From contig CAXXWX010000010.1 in the NCBI GenBank assembly GCA_963675745.2, positions 96,001 through 160,000 of the forward strand: a DNA stretch of 64,000 bases, given 5' to 3'. Position 1 is the stretch's first letter; every line of letters begins with the position of its first letter. Made by a program: the position numbers and the translations under genes. Below are positions 41,141-50,172 of the stretch, piece after piece. Origin of the DNA: Phycisphaerae bacterium (GTDB lineage Bacteria > Planctomycetota > Phycisphaerae > UBA1845 > Fen-1342). The notes below the pieces were generated by a model. The model was not told the origin of the DNA, did not search any database, and worked only from the letters and a program-made list of their open reading frames with translations.

Positions 41141-42612
41141 CGGTCTCCCGCTGCGGGCCGCGAAGCCGGTGGCCGGCCAGCGGTCGTAAATCGCCGGGGA
41201 TACTCCACCCGTTCGGAGGGTTGGGGACGGAATCGAAGGTGGGAGGTTGGCTTAAGGAACAGTCCGCCCACCAGCCCTCGAACGGATGGGGTACCCTCTG
41301 TGCAATGGCGGTTTTCCGGATCATCCGGCGCAGTGACCGCTGTTTTCTCGCTGATCTCGGGCGGCGTGTCGGCGGCGCCGTCTTCAGCCGAATCATCTCG
41401 AGCTTTGCAACCGGCTACCGACACCGGGACGTAATTGAACGAGAATTCGGGTTGGTGATCATCGACCAACTGTGGTCGAACAACTGCATCAGGTCCCAAC
41501 CGGTTCGCCAGTCGGTCAATCAGGCAGCCCAGATCTTCATCGGCTCGTGGATCGTGGTACTCGAAAAGGTCGCCCTGGCCGGGTTGCCATCGGGCGGTCC
41601 GGCGTGCGAGCAGTAAGAGACCGGTGATGCCGGAGCCGAGATCACTCGACTCGATCCGACCGCGTATTAACTCGTCGATGTGCTGCCAGGCGCGCGACGG
41701 GCGGGACAGATTTACCCGCAACGTAACCGGTGGCGCATGTTCGTGATAAACTACCAGCTCCAGGCACTGCACGCCCAATCCGCATCGCTGAAGCTGGTCG
41801 GCGATTTCATCGAGCATCTGCCGTGCCAGCGCGGGAAGCGGGCGCGCATCTGTGATTGGAGCTTCGAAGCTCAATCGCGTGGCCGGTAACGGTTTGTACG
41901 GCTGGGCGACAAGTGGCTCGATAGTCTCGCCGAGCGCTTGCCGCAAACGCTTGACCAACCCTTGACCAAAGCGGGCCGGCAATGATGCGCGGGGCAGATC
42001 CAACAAGCCGCCGATTGTGCGAATGCCCAGCGTAAGCAGTTTTTCGAGTGTGCCGTCATCGAGACGTAAGGCGGCCGGCGGTAACGGCGCGAGGTGGGCA
42101 CTGATCTGACCCGCCGACACAACCGTTGTCTCACTCGGGCCGGTAGTCGCCAGTGCGTACGCGGCGCCGACGGTGTCGGCGATAGCCACCCGCGCGCTGA
42201 ACCCCCGGTGTGCCAGGCCGTGGTACGCCTGATGCGCGATGTTCTCCTCTCCTCCGAAGAGCTGTTTACAGCCGGTGATATCGACCAGCACACAATCAGG
42301 CTCATAGGGCTGAACGGTCGGGCTGAAACGCAAAGCCCAGTTGGCCAACCCGCGAAGCTGTTGACGATCACGAGCGGGGTCAAACGGCAGTGCCATCAAC
42401 TGTGGCACGGTTGCCTGTGCCTGCCCCAGTGAGACGCCGGCTTCGATTCCGCCGGCACGGGCCCGCGGGCAGCGACGCGCCACCACCTGTGACTGGTTGA
42501 CCCGCTCGACAAGCACCAGCGGGCGTCGCGCGTCAGCCGGCGCTATGGCGTTGTCGCACCGCAACAGGTCGGTCGACAGGTATGGCAGATGCAGGCACAG
42601 CACCCGGCGCAT
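41137..42612 (-). CDS. imuB: ImuB, inactive Y-family DNA polymerase-like protein
   Basis: MRRVLCLHLP, RFSPTV, DITGC..LFGGE, LPPAALRL, LIDRLANRLG; directly downstream of imuA. Confidence 0.85.
   Translation of the reverse strand: MRRVLCLHLPYLSTDLLRCDNAIAPADARRPLVLVERVNQSQVVARRCPRARAGGIEAGVSLGQAQATVPQLMALPFDPARDRQQLRGLANWALRFSPTVQPYEPDCVLVDITGCKQLFGGEENIAHQAYHGLAHRGFSARVAIADTVGAAYALATTGPSETTVVSAGQISAHLAPLPPAALRLDDGTLEKLLTLGIRTIGGLLDLPRASLPARFGQGLVKRLRQALGETIEPLVAQPYKPLPATRLSFEAPITDARPLPALARQMLDEIADQLQRCGLGVQCLELVVYHEHAPPVTLRVNLSRPSRAWQHIDELIRGRIESSDLGSGITGLLLLARRTARWQPGQGDLFEYHDPRADEDLGCLIDRLANRLGPDAVVRPQLVDDHQPEFSFNYVPVSVAGCKARDDSAEDGAADTPPEISEKTAVTAPDDPENRHCTEGTPSVRGLVGGLFLKPTSHLRFRPQPSERVEYPRRFTTAGRPPASRPAAGDR
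41201..41293. repeat. Imperfect inverted repeat (arms of about 33 bp) inside the imuB 3' end
   Basis: TACTCCACCCGTTCGGAGGGTTGG pairs with CCAGCCCTCGAACGGATGGGGTA. Confidence 0.65.
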
Positions 42613-43777
42613 CGGGAAACTCCATCGCAAACGGTTCGCCGGGTATTCCTTCCCGCAGCTTGAGCACCGTTACCAACATGCGGCGCGCCTCCGCGCGGCC
42701 TTTCAGGGGATCAAACCGCAGTCGAGTGGCGGCGAACGTTTTCCCACCAACATCATTACAGCGCAACAACAAGCCCAGGCCCGCGCCGGCCTCGGCGGCC
42801 AGTTGCAGACGCCGGGAAAGCCGCATATCCAGCTTGCGAACCGTGGCGACCACGGCACCGAACGCGCGGCAGCGCAGACTCTGTTCACAGACCCACAACA
42901 CATCGGCGTGACGATGCGCGCGGATGATGAGCAAGCGCCCCAGCGGCATTCCAAGCAGTTTCGCCGCGGGCGGGTAAAAATCCTCCGCGGCATCGATGTA
43001 CATGATCCAGCGTCCGGTTGGCGTGGCCTGGATCGCGGTGTGCAGTACCAGCGAGTGTACCGCTACCCCGGCACTACCAGCGACGAACTCGTGGACCGCT
43101 CCGCGGACAAACCCACCACCAAGGACGGCGTCGAGCGGTGGAAAACCGCTGGGGCAACGCTCGGTTGACGGACGATAGTGTTCCCTCAAACGGTCAATCC
43201 GTCGCTGTAGTTCGGCAAGCTGTGAATCACCCGGCTTGGTGATCCTGTGCGTAAGCCCGCTGGCGGCTGACGGGGCGGTGGGTCGAAAACCCGTAACGAC
43301 CTGAGTCCCTGCAACGGCCGATGTCTTTGTCGGACGTGGGACGCCGGTACGCGCACGAACGCGCGGCGGCTTTGGATCGCACTGCTCAAGAGCAGTGGCA
43401 CACGTCTCAGTAGCGGCCTGCGCCTCGCAGGCCGTTGGCGTTAAGCAGGCTTTCCCATGTTCGACGGCCGGCGGGGCGCCGGCCGCTACATTTGTGGGAC
43501 CGACTACATTTGTGTGGCCGACTGCATTTGTGGGACCGGCTACACTTGTGGGACCGGCTTCCAGCCGGTCAGGTCGGTCAGGTCGGTCAGGTCGGTCAGG
43601 TTGGTCAGGTTGGTCAGGTCGGTCCAGTCGGTCAGGCCGGCCAACGAGAATGTCGGTCGCTGCATTACCTTGCGCCGTCCGCGATTTCCGCGCCGGATTA
43701 TTGACGATGCGCGAATCGCTCAAATTGTCAGCGCACCAGAGGCGCTTGGCCGATTGTCGGCACACAGACGACGACAT
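42533..43777 (-). CDS. imuA: ImuA (RecA-like) with a long repeat-derived N-terminal extension
   Basis: SGFPPLDAVLGGG..RGAVHE, FYPPA, LWVCEQSLRC, RRLQLAAEAG. Start uncertain. Confidence 0.8.
   Translation of the reverse strand: MSSSVCRQSAKRLWCADNLSDSRIVNNPARKSRTAQGNAATDILVGRPDRLDRPDQPDQPDRPDRPDRPDRLEAGPTSVAGPTNAVGHTNVVGPTNVAAGAPPAVEHGKACLTPTACEAQAATETCATALEQCDPKPPRVRARTGVPRPTKTSAVAGTQVVTGFRPTAPSAASGLTHRITKPGDSQLAELQRRIDRLREHYRPSTERCPSGFPPLDAVLGGGFVRGAVHEFVAGSAGVAVHSLVLHTAIQATPTGRWIMYIDAAEDFYPPAAKLLGMPLGRLLIIRAHRHADVLWVCEQSLRCRAFGAVVATVRKLDMRLSRRLQLAAEAGAGLGLLLRCNDVGGKTFAATRLRFDPLKGRAEARRMLVTVLKLREGIPGEPFAMEFPDAPGAVPASAIPVDRPVAVRQRHSAG
43410..43640. repeat. REP-like palindrome pair plus 18-bp and 9-bp tandem repeats
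   Basis: GTAGCGGCCTGCGCCTCGCAGGCCGT at 43410-43435 with an inverted copy at 43464-43489; four units resembling CTACATTTGTGGGACCGA; about eight GGTCAGGTC units. Confidence 0.8.
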
Positions 43778-43836
43778 GATCAGTTCCCACTGATAGAAAT
43801 CAGCAAATCACGTGGCATCACGCCCGATCACCACAT

Positions 43837-43892
43837 ACCTAACATAACCCGAAAATAAATGGAAAGCAAATGCAATTCGGAATTTGTTAGGT
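43837..43892. promoter_or_regulatory. Candidate operator upstream of imuAB
   Basis: ACCTAACATAACCCGAA and TTCGGAATTTGTTAGGT form a 14/17 inverted pair around an AT-rich spacer. Confidence 0.55.
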
Positions 43893-44009
43893 AAATCGTC
43901 TCGCGGATTATTCCACGCCCGCTAGAAAGGGAAAGTTCGCCCCCAAAGCGCCTATCAACCGGCTATTGAACGCTTTTCAAGTCGGACATCGGCGGTGCCG
44001 GGCCGGCGA

Positions 44010-44447
44010 TCAGTGATGATCCTCATGCCCCACGCCGGCCGGAGCAACCACGTAAATGTAGCGCATGATCTCGGTGCCCGTGTTGAACACGTTGTGCCGC
44101 GTTTGCGGCGGATTGTACGCGTATTGTCCGGCGGCAAGCGGGCGCCGTGGGCCGTCGCCGCACGCCACTTCGCCGGCACCGGCCAGGCAGATAATCATCT
44201 CTTCGTAGTTCTCGGTGCTGTGCCAGCCGCAATCCTTGCCCGGCTCCAGAACCACGAATCCGGATCGCATCCCGACGGTGTCCGTCTTGCCCAGCAGACG
44301 GGCCGGTTCCTGCGTGTCCGGCACAGACCGGACAAAGCCCTCGCGCTGAGGAGTCTGGCTCATTTGTGGTCCTCTTTCCGTACAGCCCAAAGCCGCCACA
44401 ATCGGCAGCACGCCCACGATACACAACAAGCACTTCCCACGGTTCAT
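44010..44447 (-). CDS. Cupin-domain lipoprotein-like protein
   Basis: Hydrophobic leader ending in ALGC; WHST...EE...G.G...PP.T.H cupin motifs; HEDHH tail. Confidence 0.8.
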   Translation of the reverse strand: MNRGKCLLCIVGVLPIVAALGCTERGPQMSQTPQREGFVRSVPDTQEPARLLGKTDTVGMRSGFVVLEPGKDCGWHSTENYEEMIICLAGAGEVACGDGPRRPLAAGQYAYNPPQTRHNVFNTGTEIMRYIYVVAPAGVGHEDHH

Positions 44448-44503
44448 CTGCCAGCCTTCCCGCACTGCCCGGTCTTTCCGCACCCAGCGGGCGCGGCTTT
44501 CGT

Positions 44504-44923
44504 TCAGCGCAAAGCCTCTCCTGTTGTTGCCATACTCACCGATGCGTGGAGTACGCCACGCTGTTTGCCCATTTCGTCGGCCAGCCGCTGGATGCGGGCG
44601 CGCTTGCCGCGCACCATGATCATCTCGGCACACATTTCGTGCGACAGATGCACATGCGTCGAAGCGAGGATGTGCTCGGCGTGCTGGTGCTGGATATCAA
44701 CCAGACGATCGAGCAGTTCACGCGCATGGTGGTCATACACCAGCGTGATCGTCGCCACGACGTCCTGGCGCGCATCCGCCCACTCCTGCTGGACGACGCG
44801 CTGTCGGATGAGGTCCCGCACGAATTCCGAACGGTTGGTGTACCGGCTGCCGCGGGCCAGTCGCTCGAGTTGCTGCGCCAAGCTCGCTTCCAACGAGATG
44901 CTGATACGCACCAGATCGGACAT
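44504..44923 (-). CDS. nikR: Nickel-responsive regulator
   Basis: RISISL ribbon-helix-helix, YTNRSEFVRDLIR, YDHH, QH, HVHL...C.E. Confidence 0.96.
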   Translation of the reverse strand: MSDLVRISISLEASLAQQLERLARGSRYTNRSEFVRDLIRQRVVQQEWADARQDVVATITLVYDHHARELLDRLVDIQHQHAEHILASTHVHLSHEMCAEMIMVRGKRARIQRLADEMGKQRGVLHASVSMATTGEALR

Positions 44924-45037
44924 CCACCTATCCTCACACGATCACCCGCAACCTGGTCGCGGCGCAGCCCGATGACCAGGCGTCTAATACCACCCACGCG
45001 GCAAGCACACATCGCATCCGCCGAACGGCGCCGCTGC

Positions 45038-45083
45038 TTGACTAGAGCCGGGCATAATATTACGATTTTGAAGTACGTATTAC
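45038..45083 (+). promoter_or_regulatory. Sigma70 promoter overlapped by a putative NikR operator
   Basis: TTGACT-N17-TACGAT at 45038-45066; ATATTAC-N13-GTATTAC at 45057-45083. Confidence 0.7.
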
Positions 45084-45223
45084 CAGGGAATGGTCCGCCG
45101 TATTCCGGATCTGCGCCGCGCACGCCCCGGGCGGGGCTGTTCGCGCACCCTTCAGGGTCGTGTTTGACCCTGTCGTGGTGGTCCGGCTTATGAGAAACCC
45201 CACAATCGAAAAGGTGACGCCGC

Positions 45224-46189
45224 ATGCACATCCCCGATGGCTTCCTGGATGGTAAGACGGCCGTGGCGACCGGGGCCCTGGCTGTGACGGGGTTGGCGGT
45301 TGCACTGCGGCACGCCCGGGTACACCTGCCGCCGCGCAGCGTACCGCTGCTGGGTCTGGCGGCGGCTTTTGTGTTTTCCGCTCAGATGATCAACTTCCCT
45401 GTGGGCGGTGGCACCTCGGGCCACCTGATCGGAGGCGTGCTGGTGGGCGCGCTGCTGGGGCCGAGTGCCGCCGTCATCGTCATCTCGGCGGTACTGATCG
45501 TGCAGTGTCTGATGTTCGCGGATGGCGGCATCTCGGCGTTGGGCGCCAACATCTTCAACATGGGGCTGATCGGCGGCGTCGGCGGGTGGGCGATCTATAA
45601 TGGCGTGAGCCGCACGGTCAAGGGGCTTTTCGGCTGCGTACTGGCCGCCGCCTTCGCCGCCTGGTGCAGCACGGTGCTGGCCTCTGTTGCCTGTGCCGGT
45701 GAACTGGCTGCTTCTCACACTGTTGGCTGGTCGGTGGTTCTGCCGGCAATGGCTGGTACTCATATGTTCATCGGCATCGGCGAGGGGCTGATCACGGCGC
45801 TGGTGCTGGCGGCCATCGCGCGCACGCGCCCGGAGTTGCTCCGGCCGGCCGCCGCGCCGGAGCTGAAGCCGGCTTACGGTACACTGGTGGTTTATGGTGC
45901 GCTGCTCGCATTCGGGCTGGCGTTGTTCGCCTCGCCGTTTGCTTCGCAATCGCCGGACGGCTTTGACAAGACGGCGGAAGTGCTCGGCTTCAGCGACCGG
46001 GCCGCCGAGTCGGTCGTCCCCGCGCCGATTCCTGATTACGAGATGCCCTGGATTCACTGGAGTGTGCTCAGCACGGCCGTGGCGGGGGCCGTGGGAACGG
46101 CGGTTATGTTCGTGCTGGCGTGGTTGCTGGCGCGCATGCTGGTGCCGGTGACCAACCGCGGAGATGCCACCACGCCGCAAGCGCTGTAA
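45224..46189 (+). CDS. nikMN: ECF nickel/cobalt transporter substrate component, NikM-NikN fusion
   Basis: MHIPDGFL N-terminus, GTSGHL, FADGG..ALGAN and a PDGLE-like domain (ASQSPDGFD). Confidence 0.9.
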   Translation: MHIPDGFLDGKTAVATGALAVTGLAVALRHARVHLPPRSVPLLGLAAAFVFSAQMINFPVGGGTSGHLIGGVLVGALLGPSAAVIVISAVLIVQCLMFADGGISALGANIFNMGLIGGVGGWAIYNGVSRTVKGLFGCVLAAAFAAWCSTVLASVACAGELAASHTVGWSVVLPAMAGTHMFIGIGEGLITALVLAAIARTRPELLRPAAAPELKPAYGTLVVYGALLAFGLALFASPFASQSPDGFDKTAEVLGFSDRAAESVVPAPIPDYEMPWIHWSVLSTAVAGAVGTAVMFVLAWLLARMLVPVTNRGDATTPQAL

Positions 46190-46200
46190 TAGAGCACCGG

Positions 46201-46812
46201 ATGCGACACGACTTCCTGGACCGCTACAGCCGGCTGGATTCTTCCATCCATCGCCTGCACGCTGGGGTGAAGCTCGCGGCGGCCCTGGCGGTGGTTGTGA
46301 CGGCGCTGCTGGTGCCACCCTCTCGGCCAATCTGCTTGGGCGTCGTGGCTGTCTTTCTGCTCGCCGTTGCGGGATTCAGTCGGATTCCGTGGGTCTTCCT
46401 GCTCCGCCGGTTGCTCCTGCTGGAACCCTTCGTGCTGGGTGTGGCGCTGCTGGCGCTGTTCCAGCCGGACGGATGGCGGCTGTTCCTCTTCCTGGTCGCC
46501 AAGTGCACCCTCTGCCTGCTGGCCATGATCCTGTTGTCCAACACGACTCCGTTTTCGGATCTGTTGCGCGTGTTGAAGGCTGCGCGAATGCCGGCGTTGC
46601 TGGTGACGACGTTGTCGCTTATGTACCGGTACCTGTTCGTGCTGGTGGACGAAGCCCAGCGCATGAAGCGGGCGCGGCTGAGCCGCACGTTCTCACCCCG
46701 CCAAAGCCGGAACTGGCGCACGCTTGCCACCGTCATTAGCCAGTTGTTCATTCGCAGCAGCGAGCGCGCCGAACGAATCTACGCCGCCATGTGCGCCCGG
46801 GGGTGGCGGTGA
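46201..46812 (+). CDS. nikQ: ECF transporter T component
   Basis: SIHRL...KL, MYRYLFVL..E..RM..AR..R, RAERIYAAMCARG. Confidence 0.9.
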   Translation: MRHDFLDRYSRLDSSIHRLHAGVKLAAALAVVVTALLVPPSRPICLGVVAVFLLAVAGFSRIPWVFLLRRLLLLEPFVLGVALLALFQPDGWRLFLFLVAKCTLCLLAMILLSNTTPFSDLLRVLKAARMPALLVTTLSLMYRYLFVLVDEAQRMKRARLSRTFSPRQSRNWRTLATVISQLFIRSSERAERIYAAMCARGWR

Positions 46813-47558
46813 GCGCGGCCATCGAAATCAGAGACCTGCACTTCCGCTACGGTGAAGGCACGGCCGCGCTGCGCGGCGTCAGCTTCTCTGTCGCCGAAGG
46901 CGAGTGTGTTGGGCTGATCGGTCCCAACGGCGCCGGCAAGAGCACGTTGCTACTGCACCTGAACGGTTTGCTGCCCGAATCCTGGACGGGCGTGAGCGCC
47001 GTGCTGGTGGGGGGGCGCGCGCTCACCAAGGAGAGCCTGCCCGAGGTTCGTCGCCAGGTGGGGCTGCTCTTCCAGGATCCCAACGATCAGCTCTTTTGCC
47101 CCACGGTATTCGAGGACGTCGCGTTTGGTCCTCAACAACTTGGCCTTGGCCGGGCCGAGATTCGTGAGCGCGTCGGGCGAGCGCTCGACCAGGCCGGGCT
47201 GCCGGGGTTTGAGGAGCGTGCTCCCCACCACCTGAGTGTCGGCGAGAAGCGTCGCGTTTGCCTGGCGGGTCTGTTGGCTTGCGATCCGTCGATTCTGGTG
47301 CTGGACGAACCCACGAGCAGCCTCGATCCGAAGGGCCGCCGGGATATCAAGGAGCTGCTGCGGCGGATTCCCATCACCAAGCTCATCGCCACCCACGATC
47401 TGGAGTTTGTGGTTGAGTTGTGCTCACGCGTGATCGTGCTGGACGGGGGCACCGTCGTGGCTGAAGGGCCGACGGTCGAGCTGCTCTCGAATGAGGAGCT
47501 GATGCGGCGCCACAGCCTGGAATGCCCCCACGTCCTGCGTCATCTGCACCCGCACTGA
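46809..47558 (+). CDS. nikO: ECF transporter ATPase
   Basis: GPNGAGKS, FQDPNDQLF, LSVGEKRR, LDEP. Confidence 0.92.
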   Translation: MSAAIEIRDLHFRYGEGTAALRGVSFSVAEGECVGLIGPNGAGKSTLLLHLNGLLPESWTGVSAVLVGGRALTKESLPEVRRQVGLLFQDPNDQLFCPTVFEDVAFGPQQLGLGRAEIRERVGRALDQAGLPGFEERAPHHLSVGEKRRVCLAGLLACDPSILVLDEPTSSLDPKGRRDIKELLRRIPITKLIATHDLEFVVELCSRVIVLDGGTVVAEGPTVELLSNEELMRRHSLECPHVLRHLHPH

Positions 47559-47604
47559 AGCGAACACGTGACCCAAGTTCCGGTGAGCTTGGTCTCCGGT
47601 TGCC

Positions 47605-48360
47605 CTATTCCCTTACGTGATTGAGACGTTGCTGGAATTCCTCGTACGCGACCGGCTCCACCGTGATCAGTCCGGGCACGCGATCAAAGAGTGCGTCCTG
47701 GACCATGGCCAGCATCGCCATGCGATAGCGCTCAGCGTCGGCGGCGCTCACCGAATCCGGATCATGATCGAAAGCCAGCTCGATCTTCCACAAACTGTCC
47801 ATGGCGTCATGACCGATCAGCAGGTGCTTGCGATACACGACACGGACGGCGGCTCGCGCCGGCGGGTAGGCAATGTAGTAGTGGTATTCACGCCGCGGCG
47901 CCGTGATCGAATCGTCGATGAAATACTGGCTGCGCTCAGGGTCCGCGCGGCGGCTACAGCCGAGCACGAACGCGATCACATCACTGACCGTATGATCACG
48001 GCTGCTGATCAACAGAAAACCGCCACGCTCCGGCGGCGCGTCGCCCTCAGAAAGTGCATCAACGACTTTCCCGGCGATGCGAAAGCCGCCGGCGCCGCAC
48101 AGGCACACATGCCCGAGCTGGGCACAGACGTCGTCGAACTCAACCGCTACCGTTTCCACGTTTTCAGGATAGCTCCCCGCGAGCACGCCGTGGTCGTAGT
48201 GGAACGTGATCGGCGGCACGGTACTGACATAGGCGTGTCGCTCGTGCCAGCGGGTGGCAAGCGCCGGCCGCGGCGTGTGGCAGCCGGCCAGGCAGATTGC
48301 CGCCATGACGACCACGCCGGTGCAAGCTGTCTCCATTGCTCTTGTGATGTGGATTGGCAC
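47605..48360 (-). CDS. FmdE-like lipoprotein
   Basis: Lipobox LAGC; LGHVCLCGAGGFR resembles the FmdE HGHxCxG motif. Confidence 0.5.
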   Translation of the reverse strand: MPIHITRAMETACTGVVVMAAICLAGCHTPRPALATRWHERHAYVSTVPPITFHYDHGVLAGSYPENVETVAVEFDDVCAQLGHVCLCGAGGFRIAGKVVDALSEGDAPPERGGFLLISSRDHTVSDVIAFVLGCSRRADPERSQYFIDDSITAPRREYHYYIAYPPARAAVRVVYRKHLLIGHDAMDSLWKIELAFDHDPDSVSAADAERYRMAMLAMVQDALFDRVPGLITVEPVAYEEFQQRLNHVRE

Positions 48361-48553
48361 GCATTCACCTCCTGTCGCGGCCTGTGGCCGGCCGCTGGGG
48401 TCCCGTGTGGTGGATCATGGCTACGATAATGCCGCCAACACGAACTCGTCAAAGGGGGGCGAGTGGCATTGCGAGCACTGCCACGCGGCGCGTGCCAACA
48501 TGTCATTGTGCGGAGGTGTGTTACAATGTGCGCACGCGCTCAAGGAGGTCATC

Positions 48554-50074
48554 ATGTCCCGCGCACGATCCCGCAACGTATTACGAACCGGCAAGCGCCC
48601 CTCTGTTCACCGGGTATTCTGGCTGTTGCCAGCTCTGGCCATGCTCTGGTGGTCGAGCTGTGTGTCGCTGCCGCCGGAGCTGATCGACCAGGCCGAGGAA
48701 GAGCTGCGCCGCGAGCTCGAAGAGATGAACGCCGAACCCGAGCCGTTTATCCCGCCCGCGCCGACAGAAATCACGTTCCACGCGGTCTACCAGAACGTCA
48801 TCGACGAAGATCGGCTCGGCGACACGATCGGGCCCTGCGCCATGTCAACCGACGGGCGCAAGATCGCCTTTCGCAATCGCGGCGGCATCGGCGACGAGCT
48901 CAACCGCGTCTATCTGATGGACACCGACGGCACCGGGCTCGAGGGCTTTGACGTGCATGGCGACCTCGGCCCGCTCTCATACGTCGCGATCAGCGGCGAC
49001 GGCACGCGCGCCTATTTCGCCACCTCGTTCAACCAGACTATTCTCAAGCTCGAAAGCGGAAACATCTCAACATACGATCTTACCGGCGATGATGGTCCCG
49101 ACGGAATCGACACGCTGCGAACCACCACCACCGGCGACTATGTGTACTTCCACGGTAATCGGGACAGCAACGTCTGGCGGCTGCGCCACGACGGCACCGG
49201 CTTGCAGCGCGTCGTCGACGTGGACGATCCCGCCATGCCGCCCAATGGCGCTGCTGCGTTCGACATTTCGGCCGACGCATCGGTGCTGGTCTTCAGCCGC
49301 TCAATGGGAGGCGAGATCTACAAGCTCGCCGGCGGCGGGATCACGCAACTCACCAACGAAGGCGGCTATGGCACGCCGCGGATCACGCCCGACGGCAACA
49401 CCGTCTACTACCGCGCATCGGCCAGCGCCGACCAGCCGGGCTGGTGGTTGATGAGCGCGTCCGGCGGGGCGGCAACATGGATGTCAAACTGGCCCAGCGG
49501 CCTGAATCTCGCCGCCAGTGAGGACGGGGCCACTCTCTTCGTGGGTGACACGCGCGCCAAGCCGGACAACACTGCTTTCGCACTGTTTCCCTCGACCGGT
49601 CTCGCGGACTTCTCCTACTCGATGAGTAGCGACGGGGCATTGATCTGTTTCCGCCCGGACTTCGGCAAGATCTACGTCGGGCACATCGCAGCGCCCGACG
49701 TCGTGCTCGACGTGCCGGTGGTGGAGTCGATCGGGTTTGATCCGTCCCGCGTGCCGCGCGGCGACCCGAATGCGCAGGTCGTCGCTGTTGTGAAGGCGTC
49801 GGCCGAGCACGGCCTGGAGCCCGCGATGCTGGTCAGGGTCGCGGAGCTGCTCGACGGTCGCATAGCGCGCGAACACGCGGCCCCGATCGTGTTTCCAGAC
49901 CTGTACGACCACAGTTATTCGCCGGACGGTGTGGCTGATGACGGGGTTTTCAGCGGCATCGGGAGTATCGCGGACGGCATCGATGCATACGACTCGGTGA
50001 CCGTGCGCATCTCGGCATATGACACGATCGGCAACATAGTCGTTGCCGACGCCGTGTTGCCGATCGGGGGTTAA
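48554..50074 (+). CDS. TolB/PD40-like beta-propeller exported protein
   Basis: AAGGAGG RBS, hydrophobic leader with Cys, and repeated S.DG..(I/V).F blades. Confidence 0.7.
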   Translation: MSRARSRNVLRTGKRPSVHRVFWLLPALAMLWWSSCVSLPPELIDQAEEELRRELEEMNAEPEPFIPPAPTEITFHAVYQNVIDEDRLGDTIGPCAMSTDGRKIAFRNRGGIGDELNRVYLMDTDGTGLEGFDVHGDLGPLSYVAISGDGTRAYFATSFNQTILKLESGNISTYDLTGDDGPDGIDTLRTTTTGDYVYFHGNRDSNVWRLRHDGTGLQRVVDVDDPAMPPNGAAAFDISADASVLVFSRSMGGEIYKLAGGGITQLTNEGGYGTPRITPDGNTVYYRASASADQPGWWLMSASGGAATWMSNWPSGLNLAASEDGATLFVGDTRAKPDNTAFALFPSTGLADFSYSMSSDGALICFRPDFGKIYVGHIAAPDVVLDVPVVESIGFDPSRVPRGDPNAQVVAVVKASAEHGLEPAMLVRVAELLDGRIAREHAAPIVFPDLYDHSYSPDGVADDGVFSGIGSIADGIDAYDSVTVRISAYDTIGNIVVADAVLPIGG

Positions 50075-50172
50075 CCAGGGGCGGCAATTGTGCGCAAAGA
50101 TACCGCCCGGCCGCGTGGTTTGAGCGCGACCGGGCGGAAGTGCTTGCTAGACAATGCCTCACGCTGCGCGGC

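Noticed and set aside
43486..43640. Possible CRISPR array
   Set aside because: These are head-to-tail 18-bp and 9-bp repeats with no unique spacers, and no cas genes are present.
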